The notes: generated by a model from the sequence alone, not told the origin. A stretch of DNA of 32,531 bases from a virus (IMGVR_UViG_2568526722_000005); one strand, 5' to 3'; counted from the stretch's first letter, positions 8,940-19,610 are shown. Made by a program: numbers and translations.

Positions 8940-10410
8940 GTCGTTTCGTTGCGGCACTGCTGCCTCCTTTATCACTGGCCGGATCGGTATCAAATACCAG
9001 ATCCAGTTTGCGGTTTTCATCAATTTCGGCCTTGCGCCGACGTTTGACATCATCCGGATTACGACCACCAGCACGTACCCAGTCTGATTCTGTCGCCGCT
9101 CCACCACGAATCTGGATTTTCCAGGCCTCAGCCTCCTTAACAGGGTCAATCCACGGCATCACCGGTCCGGAATACACCGCGGTATACAGTGAAGAACGGT
9201 CAAGATCGCGGGGTAGCCTGATAACACCGGATGCCACAGCCTGTTTCAGCCAGGCACGATACATCGGACGGGTGACGGCACCAATAAACCAGTCCTGCAG
9301 GATCAGGTAGCCATCAGTGGATTCAACCAGCTCCTGACGCTGGGCGCTGTAAGTGCCGTTATAGTTGCGCGCTGTACTGGAAAAACTCAGACGACTGCCC
9401 GCCGCCACGGCACGCAACTGACCATTACGAAAAGTTTCAAGGTTAGGATTGGGGCGATCCGACTTCACCATTCCGATTTCTTCGCCGGGTTTCAGATCAT
9501 CGTAAATAATGCCTGGCTGAATGGTAAGCTCGCGTTCCTTATCCTTGCTGCCATTACCATCCGCTTCATAGCTCTGCCCGTCACCTTTCCGGATGTACAT
9601 CCCCAGAGCAGCGGCGATCCTTGCTGCAGTCAGCTCAGAATCTTCATACTCTTTCAGAGCACTGAGGCGGATCAGCACACCGGACAATAAAGACGTCCCG
9701 CGCATCTGGTGCAGACGGCGAACAAATTTAAGATGCAGCATTCGCTCTGCATCCACTTCTTTGGTTTCCATCTGCCGTCCGGATACGGGACGGCTTTTAT
9801 ACACCAGATATTTTTCGGGACGCCCCCAGTCATCAACAAACACGCCCTGATTCAGCCTGTTGCTCTCATCACTGGTCATGGGAATAAAGTCCGGCTCGAG
9901 CGCCTCCAGCCAGAAATGAACACCGGCAGAAGGCGTCAGGCTGTTTATGCGCCCGGAAACCATCTGGGCAAACACCTCACCATCGCGCAGCCAGGTACGA
10001 AGCATCAGACATTCCAGCATCGGACGGGTAAACTGCCCGGTGACTTCCGGGCTGACAGACCATTCACTCCATCGGGTGCGAATCTCCGCAGCCAGGTCAC
10101 GGGCAATGGCCCCATTGCGTAATACCGGATGTGGCTCGACAATAATCCCGTTTTTCCCCACCACCCGTTCTTCCAGCTTGTCAAATACACCAATAACCAG
10201 ATCGTGGTTGTTATCAAGGTAACGGGCCTGCTCACGTAACGACACGGCCCCGTACTGGCTTAACTGGTCGGCAGTTCGGTTCTCCCGTCGGGCTTTGTGT
10301 GTCCGCGTCGTTTTTACGGCCTCATAAGCCTGGATCACCGCACGGGAACGCAGCCTTGCCGCTTTCCATCCTGGTGAAAAAACGCCAATCACATCATCAA
10401 GAATTGCCAT
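8902..10410 (-). CDS. B: Portal protein (lambda gpB-like)
   Basis: About 500-aa ORF between W and the capsid gene, size as lambda B; start set at the Met whose ATG overlaps the W stop (ATGA). Confidence 0.8.
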   Translation of the reverse strand: MAILDDVIGVFSPGWKAARLRSRAVIQAYEAVKTTRTHKARRENRTADQLSQYGAVSLREQARYLDNNHDLVIGVFDKLEERVVGKNGIIVEPHPVLRNGAIARDLAAEIRTRWSEWSVSPEVTGQFTRPMLECLMLRTWLRDGEVFAQMVSGRINSLTPSAGVHFWLEALEPDFIPMTSDESNRLNQGVFVDDWGRPEKYLVYKSRPVSGRQMETKEVDAERMLHLKFVRRLHQMRGTSLLSGVLIRLSALKEYEDSELTAARIAAALGMYIRKGDGQSYEADGNGSKDKERELTIQPGIIYDDLKPGEEIGMVKSDRPNPNLETFRNGQLRAVAAGSRLSFSSTARNYNGTYSAQRQELVESTDGYLILQDWFIGAVTRPMYRAWLKQAVASGVIRLPRDLDRSSLYTAVYSGPVMPWIDPVKEAEAWKIQIRGGAATESDWVRAGGRNPDDVKRRRKAEIDENRKLDLVFDTDPASDKGGSSAATKRHEPQHTDDQSEE

Positions 10411-10622
10411 CAGAACCTCGCCAGCCGATACCCGGGATGCCCCCGTCGTCGTGTAATCAGAGCCGCAAGGCGGCGCTCCCACTCCTGCCGTCCCTGCCGG
10501 ATCTCAGATAAGTTTTCCATGGTCATCTGCTGACCATTAAAGGTGACGGATTTTCCGTCCAGCACCGCCATTTCAGCTTCCGTATAACGCTGAATCATGG
10601 CTTCGATATCATTCTGGTTCAT
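10410..10622 (-). CDS. W: Head-tail joining protein W (gpW-like)
   Basis: About 70-aa ORF between terminase and portal, ending ...RRRGHPGYRLARF like the lambda W C-terminus (...RRRGPAGFYV); ATGA overlap with the TerL stop. Confidence 0.7.
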   Translation of the reverse strand: MNQNDIEAMIQRYTEAEMAVLDGKSVTFNGQQMTMENLSEIRQGRQEWERRLAALITRRRGHPGYRLARF

Positions 10623-12718
10623 AACCATCCTCCGGAAGTCAGCCAGGGGTTAACATCGTCAGTTACTGTTTTCTTCCGTTTTTGTTTTTTAACAGGCGTG
10701 GATACCGGTTCCGGTGAGGATGATGGTTCGGTACTGTCCGGGACACACTCCAGCCAGGTTTCCCGGCTCGCCCACTCCGGTGCATCCGGCCAGCGGATCT
10801 TTTCGTATCCATGCAGAATGACCAGAGCCTCGGCATACACCATCAGGTCAAAAGCTTCGTTGGCACCGCGACCCGGCTTACTCCATTTCCCGTCACTGCT
10901 CCGCTCTTCATACGTCAGTTCGTCGTAAAACCAGCTCCCCAGCCAGTCAGGGAAATGCACATAGCCGGGACCTGGCGAGTCACGCCATAACGCGTTATTC
11001 ACCCGGTCTTTCAGTGCATCCGTCTGAAGAAGCCAGAGCGGCACATCACCTGCGGCCTGCGCCCGTCGGCCCGTTCGTCCGGTGTTATCAGGGAATGTAC
11101 GGGTGATCAGTTTTGCGCGCCGGATGCTGTCGCCCTTAAACAGGTAAATACGTTTACCAAGGCCATCACGACGGCAACGACGCCAGAATTTATAGGCATT
11201 ATCAGTGACCCCGTCTTCACCGCCGGAGTCCACCGCCATTGCCATCAGTCGCATTTGTTGAGAAGGATCGGAGGCCAGCGGCCAGCTTTTATGAAAAACA
11301 TCCGTCAGCAGGACATCCCAGTCTTCCGGATAGCTGGCCGGATCAATTCGCTGGCTCTCCCCGTCGCTGTCACCGCGCAATGACTGCGTGATGTTGTAAC
11401 GATCAATAATCCAGCGTTCGCCACGGCTGCCATAGCCCGTTACCTGAACCACAAAACGGCGATGACGTCCCGCCTGCACATCCACTGTCGCCACAAGAAA
11501 ATTAACGCCATCCGGCACACTGCGGGAAGGAACTGGCTCTGCCCGCTGCTCAAGCAGTTCACTTTTTCGTTGCTCCATGCTGGCGCGGGGAAGATAAGGT
11601 AATCCCCAGTCGGTGTTGATAACCGCCCTGAGTGTTTCTTCACTTCCTGTCGCTTCATACTCCTGTTCTGCAGTCAGTAATTTGTAAACCAGTTGCGCCC
11701 AGGTCTGATACGCAGCAGCTGGCCCTTCCATCCAGAAACTGGCGATACGGGAGCGGCGCGGTTCACCGGAAACGTTGCCGTTACAATCAATGACCTGACC
11801 TTCACGCAACCAGACTCCTGCACTATTGAGCTCACGCTTTTTCTCCGCCGTGATAATGCCGCTGCAGTGCGGGCAAAGTAGATACGCCGCCTCACTGGCT
11901 TTAAAGGGATCCGGTTCATTACGGTAGCCGGTCATGGCATCCATGGCTGGCTGAAAATATTCACCGCAGTGCGGACATGGCCAGTACCAGCGGCGGCGGT
12001 CACCACGATTGTAAAGGGAAAGAATACCAGTCGTCGGTGGCGCTTCATGAGGCGACTTACGTCGCCATTTGCTGTCGCAGATGTCACGTCCCGGCGAGCT
12101 CTCCACCAGAGTCATCCCGGCGGACATAAATGTGGTGGTACGTTTTGAGGCCAGGGAGAAACCATCACCCTCGCTGTCGATATTCTCCGGAAAACGGTCG
12201 TAATCGGTTAAGGCGACAAACCGGTAATCCGACGACGACATAATGTTGACCGAGGGCCAACCAATTTTAAGGAACGAGCCATCCCTGAACGTCTTATCAT
12301 GGACATTATTGTCATTACGACGTGGACTCATTCTTTTCTTTACCGCCGCACTGCTTCTGAACGTTCTGTCGAGGCGCTTTTTTGAATGCTCGCGGGCCTT
12401 ATCTTCGGTCATCTGCACAACGAGCATGTCCGAAGGATCGCAAACGATGGTATAGACAATCCATCCATCGATCAGACCAATGGTCTTCCCTGTTCGCGCA
12501 GGACCAACAAAAATCACCGCATCGTATTCACGCGATGCCAGGCAGTTCATGGGCTCAATGATGTAGGGTGTCAGTTCAGGATCCCATGGCACCGAGTTAC
12601 CAGCCCCCTTGGGAACACGCATGAATTTTTTAACAGCCTCCGAAATCGGCATGCGACGTGGTGGGGAAAATCCTGCCGATATGTCCCTTCCCAAATTTCG
12701 GGCTGATGAAAAACCCAT
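10619..12718 (-). CDS. A: Terminase large subunit (lambda gpA-like)
   Basis: 699-aa ORF with Walker A VGPARTGKT near the N-terminus and lambda A-like architecture; directly downstream of the Nu1-like gene. Confidence 0.9.
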   Translation of the reverse strand: MGFSSARNLGRDISAGFSPPRRMPISEAVKKFMRVPKGAGNSVPWDPELTPYIIEPMNCLASREYDAVIFVGPARTGKTIGLIDGWIVYTIVCDPSDMLVVQMTEDKAREHSKKRLDRTFRSSAAVKKRMSPRRNDNNVHDKTFRDGSFLKIGWPSVNIMSSSDYRFVALTDYDRFPENIDSEGDGFSLASKRTTTFMSAGMTLVESSPGRDICDSKWRRKSPHEAPPTTGILSLYNRGDRRRWYWPCPHCGEYFQPAMDAMTGYRNEPDPFKASEAAYLLCPHCSGIITAEKKRELNSAGVWLREGQVIDCNGNVSGEPRRSRIASFWMEGPAAAYQTWAQLVYKLLTAEQEYEATGSEETLRAVINTDWGLPYLPRASMEQRKSELLEQRAEPVPSRSVPDGVNFLVATVDVQAGRHRRFVVQVTGYGSRGERWIIDRYNITQSLRGDSDGESQRIDPASYPEDWDVLLTDVFHKSWPLASDPSQQMRLMAMAVDSGGEDGVTDNAYKFWRRCRRDGLGKRIYLFKGDSIRRAKLITRTFPDNTGRTGRRAQAAGDVPLWLLQTDALKDRVNNALWRDSPGPGYVHFPDWLGSWFYDELTYEERSSDGKWSKPGRGANEAFDLMVYAEALVILHGYEKIRWPDAPEWASRETWLECVPDSTEPSSSPEPVSTPVKKQKRKKTVTDDVNPWLTSGGWL

Positions 12719-12726
12719 TATTCCTC

Positions 12727-13266
12727 CTAGAGACTCTCTCCTTCCTCATCAGGAATTAATTCAGCAGCACAAGCCTCGTAGGATTTTTCCTGAAGAGTGT
12801 ATCGCAGGTCATCAATGGCCTGCTGTACAACGCCAACGGCCTGAGGAGTCAGGGCGCAATCGCGTTCAAGAACATCCGGAATTGTCTCCAGAACCTGGAC
12901 GACAGCCTTTCTCATGGACGAATAGACGATGACTACTTCATCAACGGGGATGAGTTTTCGCTGCTCCTTTTCCAGCTTGATCCTTTCATTTTCCGACTGG
13001 TACCAGTCCTTTCTCTCTTTCGGCTCCATACGGGATGGATCATGAACAGAGTCTGCTGCCTCATGCTTCACACTAAACAGGGCAGGCCCGACATGCTGCA
13101 GGGCGTAAACGGGGTTCCCCCTGACAGTCGCAGCCACAGGAGTGTTGGCCGCGAGGAGCCGTTTTTTTACTGTGTCCCGGTGAAGCCCAAAGGCCTCGGC
13201 GATTTTAAAAACACTCCAGTAATAAGCATCACCGATCCCGCTCACATTTGACATAAGCAACTCCAT
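12727..13266 (-). CDS. Terminase small subunit (Nu1/NohA-like)
   Basis: 179-aa ORF immediately upstream of TerL with an N-terminal HTH-like segment; size as lambda Nu1 (181 aa). Confidence 0.8.
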   Translation of the reverse strand: MELLMSNVSGIGDAYYWSVFKIAEAFGLHRDTVKKRLLAANTPVAATVRGNPVYALQHVGPALFSVKHEAADSVHDPSRMEPKERKDWYQSENERIKLEKEQRKLIPVDEVVIVYSSMRKAVVQVLETIPDVLERDCALTPQAVGVVQQAIDDLRYTLQEKSYEACAAELIPDEEGESL

Positions 13267-13394
13267 CTGGCAGGTGAAAATCAGGTTTATTTATATATTT
13301 CAATTAATTGCAAACTAGTCTAATGACAGGGAGAAAAAAATATTGTACAGCTGAAAAGAGAAATAACTTTTAATTATCAATAAATTACCAAACA

Positions 13395-13480
13395 TGCTGC
13401 CGCCGCCATGGAAATGCAAAAACTAGCCTTTTTCCGCGACGCTCCCGCCCCGTGGCAGGGCCCCCCACTGGGAGGACCCG
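13395..13480 (-). other. Candidate cos region; cosN-like core about 13439..13450
   Basis: About 170 bp upstream of the Nu1 start, minus strand reads ACGGGGCGGGAGCGTCGCGG, close to lambda ACGGGGCGGCGACCTCGCGG (recalled); flanked on the Nu1 side by an AT-rich stretch (13280..13390) as expected for cosB/IHF sites. Confidence 0.45.
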
Positions 13481-13816
13481 ACAGCCTGACAACCGTGACG
13501 AGCATCTGTAACAGAGCTTTACATAATGGCATGGGGATAATTCAGAAGGACATCACAGCATGCCCACACAAATTAGTGTGAGTGTCCTGTCTCTTACTAC
13601 GCGCAGGACTGACGAGCATGAGGGGAAAATACGAGAACCGAAATGCCTTATCTTCAGAAATGCAGCCGGCATCCGAACTGGACGATATTGTAAATTCACC
13701 TAAATACGAGGCATTGCTGTAGTTGAATTGCATTGCTGTATTAGCCTGACAGTGACAGAATACGATATTGACTCTGTCACTTGTGAAATGGTCAGAATGG
13801 TTAGCAGTTATGGTGA

Positions 13817-14023
13817 TCAGTCAACCACCAGGGAATAATCCTTCGTATTCTTATCGTGCTTTACTAACGCGGCCTCAATTGCCCTGAATGCTTCCAGAGA
13901 CACTTGATGTTCTATACATGCAATTACAACATCCGGGTAACCCATCGAAATGGTGCTATTAAGCATAGTTTTTACACGAACCTGCTCCTGGGAGGGGGCA
14001 TCAGTGTATTGATCTTTATGCAT
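13817..14023 (-). CDS. Hypothetical small protein, 68 aa
   Basis: ORF with GGAG Shine-Dalgarno about 9 nt upstream; lies between cos and the gnsB-like gene. Confidence 0.35.
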   Translation of the reverse strand: MHKDQYTDAPSQEQVRVKTMLNSTISMGYPDVVIACIEHQVSLEAFRAIEAALVKHDKNTKDYSLVVD

Positions 14024-14318
14024 TTTGTCGCTCCATGCGTTTGCTCTTCACTTACGGCTAAAAATATAACGTCAAATCACTCAGCATGAAAGAGTGAAAG
14101 ATTCAGCGCGTTTCCCTTACATAATCTGTCGTTTGTATTCTCTTCAGGCATACCGAAAAGACTAGGTATTGTCACACAACCAATACCATCGACAATCGAG
14201 ATTTATACCTATTCGGTAATGTTTAAATATAACAAAACCCCGTAAAAACGAGGTTTATGGGTAATTTGTATTGTTGAATAGCATCTGATGAGAAATTGAT
14301 GCTAATGCTATAAACAGA

Positions 14319-14492
14319 CTAGATTAAATCAATCTTGATATCATAGCTTTCAAGACCAGTCATTTTTTCCCGTGCAGTAAACTGGATACTGGTAACTTCT
14401 TTCCCGGTCTTTTTCTTAAGCTCAATGATTTTTTTTGTTATATATTCAGAAATATCTGCTTCTGTTTTTGTTTTTAACTCTTCAATGTTCAT
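14319..14492 (-). CDS. gnsB: GnsA/GnsB-family small protein, 57 aa
   Basis: MNIEELKTKTEADISEYITKKIIELKKKTGKEVTSIQFTAREKMTGLESYDIKIDLI closely resembles K-12 GnsB; AGAGGA Shine-Dalgarno upstream. Confidence 0.7.
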   Translation of the reverse strand: MNIEELKTKTEADISEYITKKIIELKKKTGKEVTSIQFTAREKMTGLESYDIKIDLI

Positions 14493-14664
14493 CATTTCCT
14501 CTTTTAGTCTGTTATGACTTTCCTGGTACACAGTAGTGTCAATTATATGGAGCAAGCGTATAAAAGATAAGATGAAACATCGCAATAATCAACATACGAC
14601 GGTCTAAATTTCACACAAACAGATAAAGATGATTATCATTTATTATCAATGCATTAGAATCAAA

Positions 14665-14895
14665 TCAATTCAAGAGTCTCATTGCTGCTTCCAGAATTTC
14701 TTCTGAAGTTACATGCCGATCCGCTGCTACATAAATGACTTTATGATCTCCGGTCAGAGATGGAAACCCTGCAGCCATTACAGTGAGGTGTGTTGTTTCG
14801 CCATTTGGATATTCACGCATGATGGTGTTAACTCCGGTCATCACTGGCACTACCATTGCTGGTTCAGAGTTAAAAAAAACTATTATTTTTTTCAT
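14665..14895 (-). CDS. Hypothetical small protein, 76 aa
   Basis: ORF MKKIIVFFNSEPAMVVPVMTGV... between the csp gene and gnsB-like; start chosen at internal Met. Confidence 0.35.
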   Translation of the reverse strand: MKKIIVFFNSEPAMVVPVMTGVNTIMREYPNGETTHLTVMAAGFPSLTGDHKVIYVAADRHVTSEEILEAAMRLLN

Positions 14896-14939
14896 AATGT
14901 TACCGTAATATGTGAGTATCCATCGACTAGACACTAAGC

Positions 14940-14960
14940 AAAAAAGCTCCCGAAGGAGCC
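14940..14960 (-). terminator. Intrinsic terminator downstream of the csp gene
   Basis: Minus strand reads GGCTCC-TTCG-GGAGC followed by TTTTTT. Confidence 0.5.
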
Positions 14961-15166
14961 TTCATTTTCACTTTCTTAAATCTAACGACAGACGGCTAAC
15001 ATTTAAGTATTGTGAAATATTATCAAATGTAATCATCATTGATTTACAAAAGATACATTTTGCCCCGAAAGGATTCCTGTCAGAAACATCAAAAGATGAT
15101 GTTCTATACTGAGAACCATGGCAACACGGGCATCTAAAGTGAATATGGTTTGTAATATTTTCTACC

Positions 15167-15382
15167 TCAAAGTGCCACAACATGAACAGCCGCGGGGCCT
15201 TTAGGTCCGTTCTCAATACCAAATTCGACTTCCTGATTCTCAGTTAACGTTTTGAAATCGTTGCTCTGAATAGCTGAGAAATGGACAAACACATCTTTGC
15301 TACCATCTTTCGGCGTGATGAAACCAAAACCTTTTTCAGGGTTAAACCATTTCACTAAACCAGTCATTTTGTTAGACATCAT
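15167..15382 (-). CDS. Cold-shock protein, CspA family (CspB/CspI-like), prophage-borne
   Basis: [70 protein letters not shown] contains the RNP1/RNP2 motifs (KGFGFI, VFVHF); about 350 nt AT-rich upstream region consistent with a long csp 5' UTR. Confidence 0.9.
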   Translation of the reverse strand: MMSNKMTGLVKWFNPEKGFGFITPKDGSKDVFVHFSAIQSNDFKTLTENQEVEFGIENGPKGPAAVHVVAL

Positions 15383-15741
15383 TATTACCTTTTGAAGAAG
15401 TTAGCCCTTGGGCAGAATGGTCCGAAAAAAATATCAGAGAGAAAAACCAACAAGGAAATCTCAAGAGGTACAAATAATAAAATTATAACAATGACTGCTT
15501 CAGATAATTTTGTAACAAACCAGAACACCATTAACGCATGATTAACCAACCATAGCAAGGATTACTTTTGTAAAGAAAAACACACGAATGAAACAATAGC
15601 TTTATTTATTAATAAAACGTGTCATTCTGTCTAATGACCTTTTATCTTACCCTTAAGATTTCAAGGATTTTGACTCATGGAAGAGTCCTTTTTATTTAAA
15701 TTTCACATTCAGCGCTAAAAATAATCCGATTTAATATTAAT

Positions 15742-16769
<1,028 letters not shown>

Positions 16770-16896
16770 GGATATTTATCAGGATTTATCAGTTTCTAAT
16801 CTCTAGATATGTTAAGCACTCAGCCCGTCAGTGGTGGATACTGGCGTGTGTAATAAAGGGGGGATGGCTGATTACCTCTGATAAGGGAATGTAACT

Positions 16897-17193
16897 ATGA
16901 ACGGTATAGATCCATTCAAACCAATCAGTAAGCAACTTGATGTGGTATTACCACAACTGACAAAACACAACGACCTTCTGGATAAAGTGTTGCCTTTTTA
17001 TATTGCTGTTACCGCAAAATTATCAGGTAAAACTCGAGAAGAGGTTCTCAAATATAACATGCTGGCTTTAGAAACAATTTTTGGCTCAGAAAAAGCGGGA
17101 AAATCACCCAAAGAGCTGGCAGAATCTCAATTTGCTTATATGACAAATATAAGAGTATCCGAAATCTTTGATAAGCTACCAGACATTGAATAA
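16897..17193 (+). CDS. Hypothetical 98-aa protein; opposite-strand moron inside the lysis cassette
   Basis: AT-rich ORF convergent with the lysis genes, followed by its own intrinsic terminator; no similarity I recognise. Confidence 0.5.
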   Translation: MNGIDPFKPISKQLDVVLPQLTKHNDLLDKVLPFYIAVTAKLSGKTREEVLKYNMLALETIFGSEKAGKSPKELAESQFAYMTNIRVSEIFDKLPDIE

Positions 17194-17200
17194 TTTCTAA

Positions 17201-17228
17201 GCGGCAGTAATGCCGCTTTATATTTTTT
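17201..17228 (+). terminator. Intrinsic terminator for the 98-aa moron ORF
   Basis: GCGGCA-GTAA-TGCCGC followed by TTTATATTTTTT directly after the ORF stop. Confidence 0.55.
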
Positions 17229-17436
17229 CAGCCAAATCTCTCAAGAACTGTTTGGCATGTTTTACCGCAGTAACTTCATAATAATCCAAACCAGCTCCTT
17301 CAAGTCGCTCAAGGTTGATGTTCAGATCAAAAATTTCACCGGCAAAACGTTCTTTGTCCTGTAACGTTAAGATTACCGTAACTTTATTCTCAAAATTGCG
17401 GGTCCCTTTCACAATCAGTTCATAGTTTTTAGTCAT
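17218..17436 (-). CDS. Small conserved protein between holin and endolysin (YdfR-like by position)
   Basis: 72-aa ORF 4 nt downstream of the holin stop, same strand; occupies the position of ydfR in the K-12 Qin lysis cassette. Confidence 0.45.
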   Translation of the reverse strand: MTKNYELIVKGTRNFENKVTVILTLQDKERFAGEIFDLNINLERLEGAGLDYYEVTAVKHAKQFLRDLAEKI

Positions 17437-17440
17437 TGTC

Positions 17441-17656
17441 TTACTCTCCTCTCGCAGCCTTACGCCTGTCTTCTTTAATCTTGAAATAAAGGTTTGTCAG
17501 ATACGTCAGCATGCCAAATACCAGACTACCCAATACACCTATTGCCGCCCACTGTGAGGGTGTGACTTTATCGAGCAACTGTAAAAACCAGTAGCCAGCA
17601 CTGCCTGCAGAGGTGCTGTAGGCGATGCCCGTTGTTAACTTATCCATGGATTTCAT
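17441..17656 (-). CDS. Class II holin of phage 21 S type (pinholin) with dual-start motif
   Basis: 71 aa, [71 protein letters not shown], near-identical to S21 as I recall it; M-K-S-M gives the antiholin/holin start pair. Confidence 0.9.
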   Translation of the reverse strand: MKSMDKLTTGIAYSTSAGSAGYWFLQLLDKVTPSQWAAIGVLGSLVFGMLTYLTNLYFKIKEDRRKAARGE

Positions 17657-17937
17657 AGCCTCACCTCCGCAGATAACGGATGGTGTACACGGTTTGGTTC
17701 GAAGAAGGAAAGAAAGTAGGAAAGTTCTTTAAGTGATCGGTCGTACTCATCTATCTTTCATACTTACTCTCAACTATCAAAAGTACAGGATTTATTATGA
17801 AGTTATGGCCTGTGTTGACTGGCATTGCACTCTCTTTCACTCTTATAGCATGTAAGGCCCCGACACCACCTAAAGGTGTGCAGCCGATTACAAATTTTGA
17901 CGCCAACTGATCCTACCCACGTAATATGGACACAGGC

Positions 17938-18804
17938 CTAAGCGAGGTTCTTGTTTTCAAATTGTTCCGGACTGAGGCCGCCACACCAACTGTGCCGCCG
18001 CCACCGATTGTAATCACATTCGATATAATTAAACACCGTTGCCCGCATTATTTCCCGGCTGATAAAGTGTTCTCCATGGATACATTCCACTTTCAGCGAA
18101 TGAAAGAAGCTTTCCACGCAGGCATTATCGTAGCAGCAACCTTTTGCGCTCATACTTCCACGCAGATTATGCCGCTTCAGTTGCGCCTGATAATCTGCTG
18201 AACAGTACTGGCCTCCACGGTCCGTGTGAACGATAACGTTCCGGGGCCTCTTACGCCGCCACAGCGCCATCTGCAGGGCATCGCAGGCCAGTTGCGCCGT
18301 CATGCGTGGCGACATTGACCAGCCAATAACGGCACGTGACCACAGGTCAATGACCACTGCCAGATACAGCCAGCCTTCATCTGTACGTAAGTACGTGATG
18401 TCTCCTGCCCACTTCTGGTTCGGGCCACTGGCGTAAAAATCCTGCTCCAACAGATTTTCTGACACAGGCAGGCCGTGTGCGCGGTAGCTGACCGGGCTGA
18501 ACTTCCGGGAGGCCTTTGCCCTCAGTCCCTGACGGCGCAGGCTTGCCGCCACGGTTTTTACGTTAAAGGGGTAACCCTGAGCACGCAGTTCATCCGTCAG
18601 GCGTGGGGCACCGTAACGCTGTTTTGACCGGGTAAAAGCCGCGAGGACAACGCTGTCGCAGTGTTGGCGGAACTGCTGACGCGTGCTTATCCTTGTCCGC
18701 CGCTGACACCACGTATACCAGCCGCTGCGGGCCACCCGGAGCACGCGGCACATTGCTTTGATGCTGAACTCAGCCTGATGTTTTTCAATAAAGACATACT
18801 TCAT
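17938..18804 (-). CDS. insF: IS3 transposase OrfB (InsF)
   Basis: 288-aa [35 protein letters not shown]... recognised as IS3 InsF, with the DDE integrase-like core. Confidence 0.95.
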
Positions 18805-19100
18805 TTCAGGCGCTTCGCGAAGTATGTCGCGGCCTTTTGGAGGATAGCCAGCTCTTCATCCCGTTCTGCCAGCTGGCGTTTGAGACGTGCAATCTCGGTA
18901 GACATCTCCAGTTCACGTTCAGAAGACGTCTGCTGATTTTGCTGTTTACTGCGCCAGTTGTAGAGTTGTGATTCATACAGGCTGAGTTCACGGGCTGCGG
19001 CAGTAACACCGATGCGTTCAGCAAGCTTCAGGGCTTCACTGCGAAATTCAGGCGAATGCTGTTTACGGGGTTTTTTACTGGTTGATACTGTTTTTGTCAT
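18801..19100 (-). CDS. insE: IS3 OrfA (InsE), HTH protein; overlaps OrfB for frameshift fusion
   Basis: [53 protein letters not shown]... recognised as IS3 InsE. Confidence 0.9.
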
Positions 19101-19610
19101 GTGAGTCACCTCTGACTGAGAGTTTACTCACTTAGCCGCGTGTCCACTATTGCTGGGTAAGATCAAACCGCTACCTCGGAAAATGGTATGAAATAGCTCG
19201 CCTCGAGAACTGGTTCGAACGTGGTCTGGAACAGGTCAGCGCTACTTATGAAAAACGGAACGACGGAGGGATTCGCGTACTTAACCGTGGATACGATCCA
19301 ACGAAAAACAAATGGAGCGAGAGCGAAGGTAAAGCATACTTTACTGGAGATACTAAAACTGCAGCGTTGAAAGTTTCGTTTTTTGGCCCCTTCTATGGTG
19401 GCTATAATGTAATCAAGCTGGATGATGAGTATAAGTATGCTCTTGTCAGTGGTCCGAACAGAGAATACCTATGGATTCTGGCAAGGACCCAAACTATTCC
19501 AGATAATGTAAAAGCAGACTATGTGCGTACCGCTCAAAAGTTGGGATTCAATGTCAATGAACTATTATGGGTTAAACAATAAAATCCCCACCCGAAATGA
19601 TACTTATTAG

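Larger units (their letters stand above)
17908..19155 (-). mobile_element. IS3 insertion sequence with 3-bp target-site duplication AAC
   Basis: Termini TGATCCTACCC... and ...GGGTAAGATCA form IS3-type inverted repeats; encloses InsE/InsF ORFs matching K-12 IS3; AAC flanks both ends (17905..17907 and 19156..19158). Confidence 0.9.
17797..19582 (+). pseudogene. blc: blc-like outer-membrane lipocalin gene interrupted by IS3 (17797..17907 plus 19156..19582)
   Basis: 5' part encodes MKLWPVLTGIALSFTLIACKAPTPPKGVQPITNFDAN (lipobox LIAC); the 3' part after the IS continues in frame as RYLGKWYEIARLENWFERGL...SFFGPFYGGYNVIKLD...LWVKQ, clearly Blc-like; joining the halves across the duplicated AAC restores an intact frame of about 173 aa. 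Confidence 0.8.

Noticed and set aside
13267-13500. Exact lambda cosN 12-mer GGGCGGCGACCT
   Set aside because: Not present on either strand; only the divergent variant described above was found, so the cos call is kept at low confidence.
13542-13733. 63-aa minus-strand ORF between the candidate cos and the first late-region small gene
   Set aside because: No ribosome-binding site and odd composition; lies in the likely non-coding cos/cosQ-proximal region.
15653-15700. Possible hairpin GACTC-ATGGAA-GAGTC followed by a T-run downstream of Rz
   Set aside because: Only a 5-bp stem and on the plus strand, opposite to the local direction of transcription; too weak to call as a terminator.
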